Virus record (IMG/VR): IMGVR_UViG_3300028909_000018
Span: 1-64,000 of that record
Length of the DNA: 64,000 nucleotides
Reading direction: 5' to 3' (one strand)
From: a virus
The notes under the pieces are model-generated. The model ran no database searches. It was not told the origin of the DNA and saw only the letters and a list, made by a program, of their open reading frames with translations. The translations under genes were made by a program, and so were the position numbers. Positions 19,801-28,892 of the stretch are shown one piece after another (within the stretch, counting starts at the first letter, position 1; each line of letters starts with the position of its first letter).

Positions 19801-22791
19801 GGCCGAATAATATGTGGCCTGCTGAATCTGACGATCAAGCACACCTATATCCTGCATCGTATATCTTCTGTTGGTATTATAGACGAGACTTGAAACAGGA
19901 TTACCGTCAGAATTGTTAACATCGACAACATCTGTTGTCAGCGTTGGGTATGGCGGCACGTAGATTGTTGCCAAGGTCATACCCGACTGAATATCACCAG
20001 CCGGAACAGGATTTTCTGAAGGAATACCAGAATTTATTACAATACTTCCCTGTTGTGTCAGCCCAACAACGTCATATCTTCCGACATAATATTGAAGAGA
20101 AGATTCAAATTCGGCCCCATTGACAGGAATGAAAAGATTTCCTGTCGAGAATGACAGCGTGTTGGCCGGATTGACGATAACCGTGTTGGAGACGGCAAGA
20201 GCCGCGTTGGAGACATAGGGAATCGTGTTCTGGGCATAGATGCGGAAGTCGGCGCTATTTCTTAGGTTGAAGGTCGAACCGTTGGCCTGTGAGGTATAGG
20301 TCTGGATATCCTGCGTGAAGATTGAGTTGGCGGTGACGCCAGTGTCATCAACAGGATATGAATCAATTGAGAAGAATCCGGCCCCGGTTGAAACGTCCTG
20401 TTGATAGGCCTCACACTGAACGAGAAGAAATTCTGTGTTGGAGAGAGCCGCCCCATTTGGTGTCAGGTAGGAGAGACCATAATATTCGTCTGTCTGGTTT
20501 GTGTTGAGATGGAACTGGCCTGTGATCGATGGGTTGGTGTTGGCGTAGGATGAACCATACCAAACATTAGAAACCGCGAATACGTCAGGCACACCGAGAG
20601 ACCATGGTCCCTTGGTCCCATTGACGTTGTTTGATAGGTTGATCTTGACGAAGACAGAAGTCTGAAGGCGCTTCTTGGCCGGTGAGGCGGTGATACGCTG
20701 CACAGGATAAAGCACCGAGGCGTTAAGAGTTGTTGAAAGATTATTGTTGAGGTTGACTGTGAAAGTCGTCGTGCTGCCCACGGTGATGGAAGTGTTTCCA
20801 AGCGCCATGGGAATCTGCTGACCACCAAGGAACTGAAGCGCCACGTTGCCACCAGCCCATGTGTTGGTTGCTGGTTGTGTCAGCGTCAGATATGTTGCGT
20901 TGGCAATGGCGGCAACCTGTTTGATTTCGTTGACGGTAGAGTTGGCAAGCTGGATATAGGCCCCAACATAAAGATTTGTCGCGAAGGATGTCGAGGTTCC
21001 TGTGACCACGTTACCTGATGTGGCGACTGAACCGGCGAGATTCGCGCCTGTTGCATTGCCCTCAGCAACGATGATGAAGTTTTCCTTCTGGGGAGTGGTT
21101 AGGGCTCCGGTTCCAAATGGAAGCTCGTTGGTTCCACCAGTGTATGAAGGCACGGTGACGGAGACGAGACCTGTGTTGGAGAAGTTGACAGTTGATGACT
21201 GAACGAACTGAAATTGTGTGTCAACGGTGTTAGAACTTGTCTGAAGAGTCTTGATGGCACTCTGATTGAAAGGATAAACCATCGCACCGAGGGTCGAGTC
21301 CTGAAGTGAGAATGTTCCAGCGGTAAGCACAACGTCGGCCAGTCCATAGGTTCCGGCATTGTTGGCGAAGACAGAACGAACGGAAGAGAATGACTGCCCC
21401 GAATTCATCTGGATGTTGAAAAGATATAGGTCGTAGACGCACGTATTAAGCCCCTGCACACCGTTGTCATATTCTACGGACAGAACGTTGGCCTTGCCAA
21501 TTTCGACGCCGGGAGCCACTATAGAGTTGGCGGGAATGCCCTTTGAAAGGTTGTTCGACACCGCATAGGCTGCTGCGCTTCTCAATGAGATGGACTGAAT
21601 TGTTGTTGGATTAAAGACGCCAGCAAATTCATTCACCTGAAGATAGTTACCTAGCTGCGTGGTGACGATCTGGGTAGGCGCATTCTTGACGGTGTTGCCC
21701 TTGGGAAGAACACCGAGCAACTTACCAACGATTTGAATACGATATCCGTTGACGTAACAAAGACCGGCATCAACTTCTAGCTTGATGTTGTTTGTGTCGA
21801 TGGCCCCTGTTGAGGTATAATTAATTAATGTTCTGACATTGAAGGGATTGATGACGAAGTTACCATTTGTCTCATAAGAATATTCCGCCATCTTCGCGCC
21901 AATAGTTGAGTAGACGGTATTTGAGTTGACGATGGAAGGCTGACCCGCCACGAAGTCCACAATAGAGAAGAAATTATTTGTTGAAATTGAGGTAGACTGA
22001 CGAGTCACAAGGGTAGGAACGATCTTCAGACGGTCGGCACCGGGAGACGAATAGTTAGAAACTCCCTGAGAATTATCAAGAAGACTCTGATCCTGAAAGG
22101 ATGTGACGATGGATTCAATAGACTGGAAGCCGACAGAAATATTATTTGGTTGATTGTCATAGGTGTCGATAATTAATTCTTGCTTTTCGACCTGAAGAAG
22201 CTGACCCTTCTGGAAGATGGTGCCACTTCCAACAGCCACGGCATAACTTAGGCCTGTAGTGTTGGAACTACCTGATGAAATTGTGTTGGCAACCTGAACC
22301 TGACCAAGAACGAGGTTGGCCGACGTGACGAAGTTTAGAATTTCATCATTCTGGAATACCTTGATGGCGGCATTTGATGTTGATGAGTTTAAATATGAGA
22401 CGAAGAGGGTGTTTAGGTTAGGCGACTGTGAAAGATAACCCTGAAGAGATGTTCTGACATAGGCCTTGAGACCCGAATTACTTACGGCTGTCAGACCATT
22501 CAAGTCAGCGATGGTCAGCGCCGCCCCATTCGCATAGGTGTCATTCATCTTTACATAGGCGAGATTTGACTTATAGGTGATGTTGCAGCCATCGACAATC
22601 GTGCCGTTGACGAAGATGTTCTGACCAAAGGTGCCGATCTGATTTTGAAGGACGGATTGAACAGTGTTGAATTCACGCGCCTGAACGGCGAATCCCGGCT
22701 TGTTGAGGACACGGTAATACTGAGCATTTGCATTGAAATCATCAAAATAAGGTGACTGATTTAAATTTGTATCTAAATTTCCGGTTCCCAA
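16882..22791 (-). CDS. Large baseplate-associated structural protein (DUF4815/VrlC-like, TTG start)
   Basis: NLNQSPYFDDF, VLNKPGFAVQARE, PGADRLK, RYTMQDIG.L and PIAQAF...GVYITSLDVFF motifs; late box 22822-22828. Confidence 0.85.
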   Translation of the reverse strand: MGTGNLDTNLNQSPYFDDFNANAQYYRVLNKPGFAVQAREFNTVQSVLQNQIGTFGQNIFVNGTIVDGCNITYKSNLAYVKMNDTYANGAALTIADLNGLTAVSNSGLKAYVRTSLQGYLSQSPNLNTLFVSYLNSSTSNAAIKVFQNDEILNFVTSANLVLGQVQVANTISSGSSNTTGLSYAVAVGSGTIFQKGQLLQVEKQELIIDTYDNQPNNISVGFQSIESIVTSFQDQSLLDNSQGVSNYSSPGADRLKIVPTLVTRQSTSISTNNFFSIVDFVAGQPSIVNSNTVYSTIGAKMAEYSYETNGNFVINPFNVRTLINYTSTGAIDTNNIKLEVDAGLCYVNGYRIQIVGKLLGVLPKGNTVKNAPTQIVTTQLGNYLQVNEFAGVFNPTTIQSISLRSAAAYAVSNNLSKGIPANSIVAPGVEIGKANVLSVEYDNGVQGLNTCVYDLYLFNIQMNSGQSFSSVRSVFANNAGTYGLADVVLTAGTFSLQDSTLGAMVYPFNQSAIKTLQTSSNTVDTQFQFVQSSTVNFSNTGLVSVTVPSYTGGTNELPFGTGALTTPQKENFIIVAEGNATGANLAGSVATSGNVVTGTSTSFATNLYVGAYIQLANSTVNEIKQVAAIANATYLTLTQPATNTWAGGNVALQFLGGQQIPMALGNTSITVGSTTTFTVNLNNNLSTTLNASVLYPVQRITASPAKKRLQTSVFVKINLSNNVNGTKGPWSLGVPDVFAVSNVWYGSSYANTNPSITGQFHLNTNQTDEYYGLSYLTPNGAALSNTEFLLVQCEAYQQDVSTGAGFFSIDSYPVDDTGVTANSIFTQDIQTYTSQANGSTFNLRNSADFRIYAQNTIPYVSNAALAVSNTVIVNPANTLSFSTGNLFIPVNGAEFESSLQYYVGRYDVVGLTQQGSIVINSGIPSENPVPAGDIQSGMTLATIYVPPYPTLTTDVVDVNNSDGNPVSSLVYNTNRRYTMQDIGVLDRQIQQATYYSALSVLEQSAQNLLLTNQSGQTVFQNGVLADPFNDFSIANTLDPAFNIAIDGASSEARPIFNQFLVNLNYANSASTNIEQSSDGLLLTLDYTEVKPWISQPFASQERNCAESILYNWAGTVVLSPSGNYMPDVTVNPAVVVDLNSYSNWVDLANAWTTQWGTWNETSSTTSKNTSVVGTTTTTTTSQANTYTQTGTTLSMAPVTSTYSFGNVVTDVSLQPFCQAQLIKFYANGLKPNTQVWTYFNDKSISQYCVQTDSNYNILPTSTMITDAIGQLWGYFYLPANTFYTGSINFQIMDISNLITQSNIITTIASCEYQGTNLAYTVNNLTLQTTEPQISTTTVSQSMVTYANNTTVTTPQIIPPNPGNAVWNGTYWFVEHEPIAQAFSILSTNLPQNVQGVYITSLDVFFAATDPSLGITVMIRDMVNGYPGIDIQPGSQVHVLPSQINTSQNASVGTNILFPEPVFLASGSDYCFVIIPDGANPNYDLWTGVISGTDVLTNAPIYTLSFIGDMFLSSQNSTWTAFQNEAIKFNLNIADFTASQGVAVYNNDDTDYLEVYSTSRVFTLGEPVYYSNTVIQAANISVSNVSTTVTGNTTGLLANTKIYLFSNTNNSTMVANVNSVTTGSFVINTVPIFTDNNCSMGMLTSNGGLTGIIKTVNSSVISVGNSTANSTVYLSTNNGIIIGSRSLASAAIATLNDVPYDTFMPKFAVSIPSVTTLNFTMKGVANSFNSYSADPSQTSLTFGQSTDFLDKERVVMSKSNEMRYNSGNKSLTVYGNMTSTSPYLSPAINNVKSGALCIQNLINGEDSNNDVFTSEITNSGQAIDKYISTTVTLLQGMEAENLTVYLGAYYPANTSIYCYAKLLNQYDNDPFSSKSWTPMYTTNLTRSSQINNQDFNQYIFNFANSLPSGNAFLNTAYLNGANNGLVSYTSNSGVNYATFDTFAIKLVLLSNAGSYLVPRLTDMVAVCTSV

Positions 22792-22838
22792 GATATTTTC
22801 CTTCTTCTTTACAATATGTTTTATTTATTGTAAAGAAA

Positions 22839-23510
22839 TCAGACTATCTTCATGTGGTGGGTATGATTATGATATTCAAGAGTCTCGGCCCCATCAAAAT
22901 CTGCGGGAGGAACAGTATGTACTTTGGTCGTCGTCCTGAGATGTTTAAGTTTCGTCCCGCGAGGCAGCACCATCTCATCCTCACCATAATCAAGATGTGC
23001 GACAGGATGCCCTTTAGGGATTGTAAACTTCAGAAGATGACGATGCCTCACATGAAGTCCTACCGTGGATTTTTCCATATTTTGTCTATCATTTCTTTTG
23101 GCGAAGTTTTCCGCGACTGATCTGTTTATACTTGTTGATAAGTAGGCAGGATGTTCGACAATTCCATCTTTATCCTTTATTTTTCGAGGATCATGGCGTG
23201 TTCCTGAATATACCTGAATATCACGATGAGCCTTGATATGATTTATCGCCTCATCCATCTTCTTCGTATCATCTTCATTATCTCTATTAACATAAACATT
23301 CGATGAATTCTGGCTTTTATTCCAATGATAATTATTCAGTTCTTTTGAAGAATTCGAATAATTTTGCAACGCCTTTGTATGATTATAGTCATCATATTTA
23401 AAATGATCTCTTAATTCGTCATTTGCCTTCTTCGCCTTTCTGTAAAGATTCATAGTATTGGGTGGCGAAGTCTCCCATTTCTCGTTGAGTATTTCTTTTA
23501 ATTTTTTCAT
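22839..23510 (-). CDS. ADP-ribosyltransferase-like (VIP2/Alt-type) protein with packaging-like leader
   Basis: MKKLKEILNE; VYSG, YLSTS, GEDEMVLPRG. Confidence 0.8.
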   Translation of the reverse strand: MKKLKEILNEKWETSPPNTMNLYRKAKKANDELRDHFKYDDYNHTKALQNYSNSSKELNNYHWNKSQNSSNVYVNRDNEDDTKKMDEAINHIKAHRDIQVYSGTRHDPRKIKDKDGIVEHPAYLSTSINRSVAENFAKRNDRQNMEKSTVGLHVRHRHLLKFTIPKGHPVAHLDYGEDEMVLPRGTKLKHLRTTTKVHTVPPADFDGAETLEYHNHTHHMKIV

Positions 23511-24127
23511 TTGACAATATCCATTGAATGTTCGTGAACCGTCGTGGCTGGATTAATAACACCCCCATAAGGAACCTGATGTGTCTGTGTACCTCGATAC
23601 TTCAGCTTTGTTCCTCGTGGAAGGATGAATTCCTCTTCGCCGGGGTTATTAGTATGATGTTCCACATAACCACCGGGATGACCCTTGGGAACATTAATCT
23701 TCAGTACATGACCGACAACATTTTTATCTGTGATATCTGTTCCAGAGAAGAACTTGGCCGTGTGTTTATGAAGACTACTAGAAAGATAGGCAGGATGCTC
23801 CACCACACCCTTGGAATCCATTTTATTCCTTGGATCATATTTAATACCGGAATAGACAGAAAGCTTGTGAGGCGTCTTGTGTCTATTCAGTGCCGCATCC
23901 ATGTCTTCCTGATTAGATTCATGATTTATTTTGATAGGATATTTCTTATCCTGATGTCTTTCCCATGCATAATTATTCATGTCTTCTGAACTTGTTGTAT
24001 AATGATGAATTATGTCTTTATCTTCATCATTATACTTGCTGTAATGTTGAGTGAGAGTATTATTGAGATGTTTTGGTTTGGCCTGAGACTTCCAATTTGT
24101 TTCTAGGATGAGACTAAGCTTTTTCAT
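23507..24127 (-). CDS. ADP-ribosyltransferase-like (VIP2/Alt-type) protein
   Basis: MKKLSLILE; VYSG, YLSSS, GEEEFILPRG. Confidence 0.8.
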   Translation of the reverse strand: MKKLSLILETNWKSQAKPKHLNNTLTQHYSKYNDEDKDIIHHYTTSSEDMNNYAWERHQDKKYPIKINHESNQEDMDAALNRHKTPHKLSVYSGIKYDPRNKMDSKGVVEHPAYLSSSLHKHTAKFFSGTDITDKNVVGHVLKINVPKGHPGGYVEHHTNNPGEEEFILPRGTKLKYRGTQTHQVPYGGVINPATTVHEHSMDIVK

Positions 24128-24687
24128 TTCAACTCCTTGACGTGACTTCCATTAGGCACCACGGCTGAAATAGAACCAACATCCTCGCCATCATTCTTAT
24201 AAAAATAACCCTTCTTGGCGTTACCCTTCTTCAGTGATCCTTTCATCAGACCATTGGCCTTACTATCAGAGTGGGGAGAATACTTGGTATTGGTCATTGG
24301 CCCTGTGATGGCGTAAGGTTTAATCGATGGTCTGACATTCATCGGCATCTCTTCCCCATTGTCATATTTAATAGGATGATCGGGATGCTCATGGGGAAAG
24401 TAATCATTATCCATCTTATGACAATTATGACCAGACTTTGTGTATGGTCCAATTTTCTCTAGTGTTCTGTTCCCGGCTAGTTTGGTCTTGCCGTATTCTC
24501 TCGTCCCATCCCATGTGCCTTCTGCTGGTATGCCTATACGGGCATTGAGGGCAACCTTAGCCGCCTCATGGGTTCCTAGGTGGAGGCCTGATGTTCCGCC
24601 TCTCAGGTCACCAGAAGCCGACCCATGCCACCACCATGCATTTCTTAGATGATCCTCGTTCTCTGTGATATGGCGAAGTTTTTTCAC
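24124..24687 (-). CDS. Putative ART-PolyVal-like (His-class) ADP-ribosyltransferase fold protein
   Basis: MKKLRHITE; WHGS...GLHLGT..AA and C-terminal GYFYKNDGEDVGSISAVV...HVK. Confidence 0.55.
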   Translation of the reverse strand: MKKLRHITENEDHLRNAWWWHGSASGDLRGGTSGLHLGTHEAAKVALNARIGIPAEGTWDGTREYGKTKLAGNRTLEKIGPYTKSGHNCHKMDNDYFPHEHPDHPIKYDNGEEMPMNVRPSIKPYAITGPMTNTKYSPHSDSKANGLMKGSLKKGNAKKGYFYKNDGEDVGSISAVVPNGSHVKELK

Positions 24688-27600
24688 ATCTGCACCGTGA
24701 GGTTAAATGAAGACTTAGAATTCGCCGTCATGGTGAAGGGCGAGGTATAACTTAGATAGATGACATCACCTGTATTTCTGATCAGATCAGGATAGGAAAT
24801 CGTGTTGGCGATTTGCACCAGACCTTGAGCCCCGGAAGTATTTCCTGTGATGGTGTTAGGCGCGACTTGGAAGGGGAATTGATTGAGAAGATCACCGACG
24901 ATGAGAACAGTATAGACGTTGCCCACGGTGCCGTTGGCGGTGATGGTCGAGATGGTATGACCATTACCGAAGGTTCCGTTGACGGCTGTCAGCTTGAGAT
25001 AGGTGGTGTTGGCATATTTGATGATGGCCGTCGCGGCTGAATTCGCATCAGTCACCACGATACCTGTGCTCATCACGCCTGTAATTGGTGTATAAGAAAG
25101 ATCAACATCATGCGTGGTGTCAAGGATCAAGGCGTTGGCGTTGGTGACGGCCTGATTAATGAATTCTCCCACCTGAAACAGGACCAGATTGTTGGATGAA
25201 AGAGTGAGACGCGATGTCTGATTGAATCTCTGACCAAAGGATGTGGTGGCGTCGATGGTGCCATTCGCAATCGCCATAGAAATCACATTGGCGTATGCGT
25301 TGGTTGTCGAATCAAAGATTTGCTGGTTGGATGAGAACTTCCCGCCTACCGCCGTCAGTCTGATTTGATTGTTGGTGACGACCTCCGAAAGAAGGCCATT
25401 GGCGGAATTGTTGGTTCCCCTCACCACCTGATTGTTGGCGATATAGTTGAATAGCTCTGGTGTGAAGGTGAGCAGCCTGCTTGAGGCTCCTGACTTCAGG
25501 CCCAGCACCGTGCTGTTGGCCGATGAGTTTGATGTGTTGGAGACAAAGTTTCCATTGATATTATCCAATTCGAGGAAGGTCGAGTTGGCAGTTTTCACCA
25601 GACCGGCAGAATTGGTTGATGGTTGATAGATGATTTCCCCATTGACGAAATTATTCGACACCGACACCGTGATATTTGCTGATGAGCGATGTACATTATC
25701 CGTGTTGACATAAAGGTCAAAGAACAGAGGATTCTTGATGATTCCCACCTTGCGATACTGACCCATCGAAGGATAATAATAATTTTCGTTTGCCGCCGTA
25801 TCGATGGTCACGGCGATACCGGCATATCTCGCCCCTAGTTCTGAATAGGCATTGGCCCCATGGCCTTCCGCAGGTGAGAGGACGGGATAGATGTTGGCCC
25901 CGCTACCATAGAGACCATTGGAAGAGATATAGGCGCTGGCGTTGGTGTATTGCTGTCCTGTGTTGATCATGACAATATCAGAGATGGGATAATTAGCCCC
26001 GAATGCGGTGTTGACGACCGAATAGGCCTGAGCCCCATTTCCATCACCGACGAAATTTACCGTGGGAGAAATGATATACTGAGTCAGACCCGATGGCGAA
26101 AAGAATGAGGACAGCAATGTCGCATTACCCGAGACCTGACCGTTGGCGTAATATGACTGGACCTTGTTGCCAGAGATAAACTGACCCAAAGAACTTCCCA
26201 ATGTGATATTAGGATATGAAGAAATGCTCTGCACCTGTGCCTTCAGGGTGGAAGACTGGCCCACAAGAAATAGATTGTTGTTGACCACACCGTTGATGGA
26301 TGAAAGAACCATGGCGGTGGAGTTGACGAAGGAGACGATGGCGTTTGTACTCTGATCGACCCCATTGGCGTTATATTCCTTCAACGTCTCACCGAGGATG
26401 AATGAGAGGCTGTTGGACGAGACGTTGCCATAGTTGATGATGATCGAATTAAGATTGGTCTGGATGATCACGCCGTTGGCTGTCGATAATGTCGAAGAGA
26501 CGGGTTCGGCGGCGAAGGACATGTTATAATGAACGTTGGCCACCAACGTATTATTGAAAGGAATCGATACCGTCGCATATGACGAATTTGTGATCGAGGT
26601 AATTCTTCGCACATTGTTATAGGTGTTGCTGCCCACCTGAATGAAGTTGTTGACGGAATAGGTGAGAAGGTTGGCCCCGGCTCCCCCTGTCACGACGTTG
26701 GAGGTTGCGGTGATCGAGACCACACCGGCCTTTAATGATCCTGATGAGACGGTATCAACTAATGGATAGTTGGCGCTGAAGTTTGTGTTTGAAGTTTGAT
26801 TTAGGGCGATGGTCGTTGAGTTGGAAGTCTCGATGACGCCTGACGCGCCAGTGTCGGATTGAAGCAGCGTATCGCCAGCATTGAAATATCCCTGTGGGAA
26901 TATGTAGGAAACATAGGTGACATTCTGAATCACCGACTCGCCAATGATAAAGTTTCCTAGGAGATCGGGTGCAAGATATAAATTAATGAAAGTATTAAGG
27001 GACGGGGTGACGCCGACAGTCTGGGTTCCACCATGGTAGGATGTGATGAGACGAAGCTGATTCGCCCCCAACCCCCCATTCAAATAAATAGATGATCCCA
27101 CATAATATCCATCAATTCCGACGCCTGTTGTGCCAATCTTGATGGTATTTTGATCAACAACAGATGTGATATAATTCTGATCATACGCCTGATACCCCGA
27201 TCCTCCACTGACGATGCGCGTGATATCTATGGTGCCGGGAACAGCATTATTGGAAACAAATGTGTTGGGAACAACAGGAACAAAATTATTAGATGTGAAT
27301 GTAGTATTAGCGTTAGTTGGAATAGTGAACATGAACTTCCAATTGTAACCATCAGAAGTTTGAAATGTGCCTGAAGTAGGAGTAATAAGTGGCTGAACAG
27401 TTGATGGTGCTCCATTATTGTTGTCGATACACTTGTAAAGAGAATTATTATTATTCAGAACATAAAACTGCTTGTTGAAAAGATTCGCATCATTGGGATC
27501 ATACTGTGTGTATACGGTGTTGGCCAGCCATGTGTACTGTGGCACGAGGAAGGAAATATTGTTGTTGGTGATCTGCTTGCCTAACACGATAGAATGAAAA

Positions 27601-27770
27601 ATATCCTGTTCAAAGTTTTGATAATCATTCTGGGCGGAAGGAGGGATGCTGTCGTTGGGCCATGGGATCGTGCCACCGACGAAGAAGTAATAGGCCGAGT
27701 TGGGACTATTCACGTCATTGATGAAGTTTTCAATGTTATTTACAAAAAATTTCTCTGTTAATACTGGCAA
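24684..27770 (-). CDS. gp8: Baseplate wedge gp8-like protein, enlarged by Asn-rich inserts
   Basis: YFFVG...W, W..NTVYTQYD, FYV.N...LYKCIDNN.GAPSTVQP, TSDGY.WKFMFTI and YRKVGIIKNP motifs; TTG start 27770 (or 27776). Confidence 0.8.
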   Translation of the reverse strand: MPVLTEKFFVNNIENFINDVNSPNSAYYFFVGGTIPWPNDSIPPSAQNDYQNFEQDIFHSIVLGKQITNNNISFLVPQYTWLANTVYTQYDPNDANLFNKQFYVLNNNNSLYKCIDNNNGAPSTVQPLITPTSGTFQTSDGYNWKFMFTIPTNANTTFTSNNFVPVVPNTFVSNNAVPGTIDITRIVSGGSGYQAYDQNYITSVVDQNTIKIGTTGVGIDGYYVGSSIYLNGGLGANQLRLITSYHGGTQTVGVTPSLNTFINLYLAPDLLGNFIIGESVIQNVTYVSYIFPQGYFNAGDTLLQSDTGASGVIETSNSTTIALNQTSNTNFSANYPLVDTVSSGSLKAGVVSITATSNVVTGGAGANLLTYSVNNFIQVGSNTYNNVRRITSITNSSYATVSIPFNNTLVANVHYNMSFAAEPVSSTLSTANGVIIQTNLNSIIINYGNVSSNSLSFILGETLKEYNANGVDQSTNAIVSFVNSTAMVLSSINGVVNNNLFLVGQSSTLKAQVQSISSYPNITLGSSLGQFISGNKVQSYYANGQVSGNATLLSSFFSPSGLTQYIISPTVNFVGDGNGAQAYSVVNTAFGANYPISDIVMINTGQQYTNASAYISSNGLYGSGANIYPVLSPAEGHGANAYSELGARYAGIAVTIDTAANENYYYPSMGQYRKVGIIKNPLFFDLYVNTDNVHRSSANITVSVSNNFVNGEIIYQPSTNSAGLVKTANSTFLELDNINGNFVSNTSNSSANSTVLGLKSGASSRLLTFTPELFNYIANNQVVRGTNNSANGLLSEVVTNNQIRLTAVGGKFSSNQQIFDSTTNAYANVISMAIANGTIDATTSFGQRFNQTSRLTLSSNNLVLFQVGEFINQAVTNANALILDTTHDVDLSYTPITGVMSTGIVVTDANSAATAIIKYANTTYLKLTAVNGTFGNGHTISTITANGTVGNVYTVLIVGDLLNQFPFQVAPNTITGNTSGAQGLVQIANTISYPDLIRNTGDVIYLSYTSPFTMTANSKSSFNLTVQM

Positions 27771-27804
27771 AATCAATCCTCTTTTTGATTATTTATTAGA
27801 GGAA

Positions 27805-28452
27805 TTATACGACCTCCATGTGGTGGGTATGTGTGGTGGTTCTCCACATGGTTTCTTCTGGATCGACCTTGGTCTCTGTTCTGATATGTTTCATATTGGT
27901 GCCACGAGGCAACATGAATTCCATCTCAGACTTTAGTGCCAGACCAGAGTGGGCGATATAGGCACCGGGATGACCTTCTGGAACATGAATCTTCAGCACA
28001 TGCCTATGAAGCATCTCACCTTTTCTTGTTGCTAATCTGTCACCAAATTGCTTGGAGACACCTTTATCCAATGAGGTAGAAAGATAAGATGGATGATGAA
28101 CAATATTATTTTCATCCTTTATCTCCCGAGGATCATGCTTGGTCCCTGAGTAGACCACCATTTTCTTTGGCGTCTTATGAGAATGAATGATCGAATCCAA
28201 GTCCCGTGACTTCTCATCAATGTTTTCATTAGGAACCCTGCTACCCTTGGCCTTCTTCCAGTGGTAATCATTAATGGTCCGAGAGTTATTGGTGTAGGCA
28301 TCCAAGGCTTTTTTGTGTGGCAAATCCATGCTCTTGGCGTCGATGTCGGAGTAATGCTTCGCCAGTTCATGATGTAGAATATAAATCTTCCCATCCTTAT
28401 GTGGCAACACATCCCATGGACCTTCGTTTAAAATATCCTTGAGTTTTTTCAT
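27805..28452 (-). CDS. ADP-ribosyltransferase-like (VIP2/Alt-type) protein
   Basis: MKKLKDILNE; VYSG, YLSTS, SEMEFMLPRG. Confidence 0.8.
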   Translation of the reverse strand: MKKLKDILNEGPWDVLPHKDGKIYILHHELAKHYSDIDAKSMDLPHKKALDAYTNNSRTINDYHWKKAKGSRVPNENIDEKSRDLDSIIHSHKTPKKMVVYSGTKHDPREIKDENNIVHHPSYLSTSLDKGVSKQFGDRLATRKGEMLHRHVLKIHVPEGHPGAYIAHSGLALKSEMEFMLPRGTNMKHIRTETKVDPEETMWRTTTHTHHMEVV

Positions 28453-28892
28453 CGTAGTTTATCCGCCTTTATATTGAATTGTGTCTCACCATTACTAACA
28501 CTATGTTGATAGTCAGGATCGATGTGTTTGGCCATCGCATGATAAAGCTTGGTCCTACCACCATCATCATTCTTGGATGTGAAATTTAGGTGGGTAATCT
28601 GTGGATTCGCCTTGAGATGTTGCCTGATGACGTTCTTGACCGTGCTGAATACCTTATGGGCGTGTCTTCCCTCGGTGCCAGTCATATCCATCGAATCCAT
28701 CGAATCGTTCGTGAAGTATACATCAGCCACATGATTTTTTGGGTGGCTCATATTTCTGATGAAGGCGTTATATGCACCACCATTCTTAGAATTGAAGTAG
28801 GCGTCTGACTGATCAGGCTTGTATGACTTGTTGGTGAATTTATAGGATGAGTCACCAATCTCATTGATTACGATATCTCTAAGCTTTTTCAT
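28449..28892 (-). CDS. Putative head-packaged internal protein of unknown function
   Basis: MKKLRDIVINE; KVFSTV...FTS....GRTKLY. Confidence 0.6.
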   Translation of the reverse strand: MKKLRDIVINEIGDSSYKFTNKSYKPDQSDAYFNSKNGGAYNAFIRNMSHPKNHVADVYFTNDSMDSMDMTGTEGRHAHKVFSTVKNVIRQHLKANPQITHLNFTSKNDDGGRTKLYHAMAKHIDPDYQHSVSNGETQFNIKADKLR

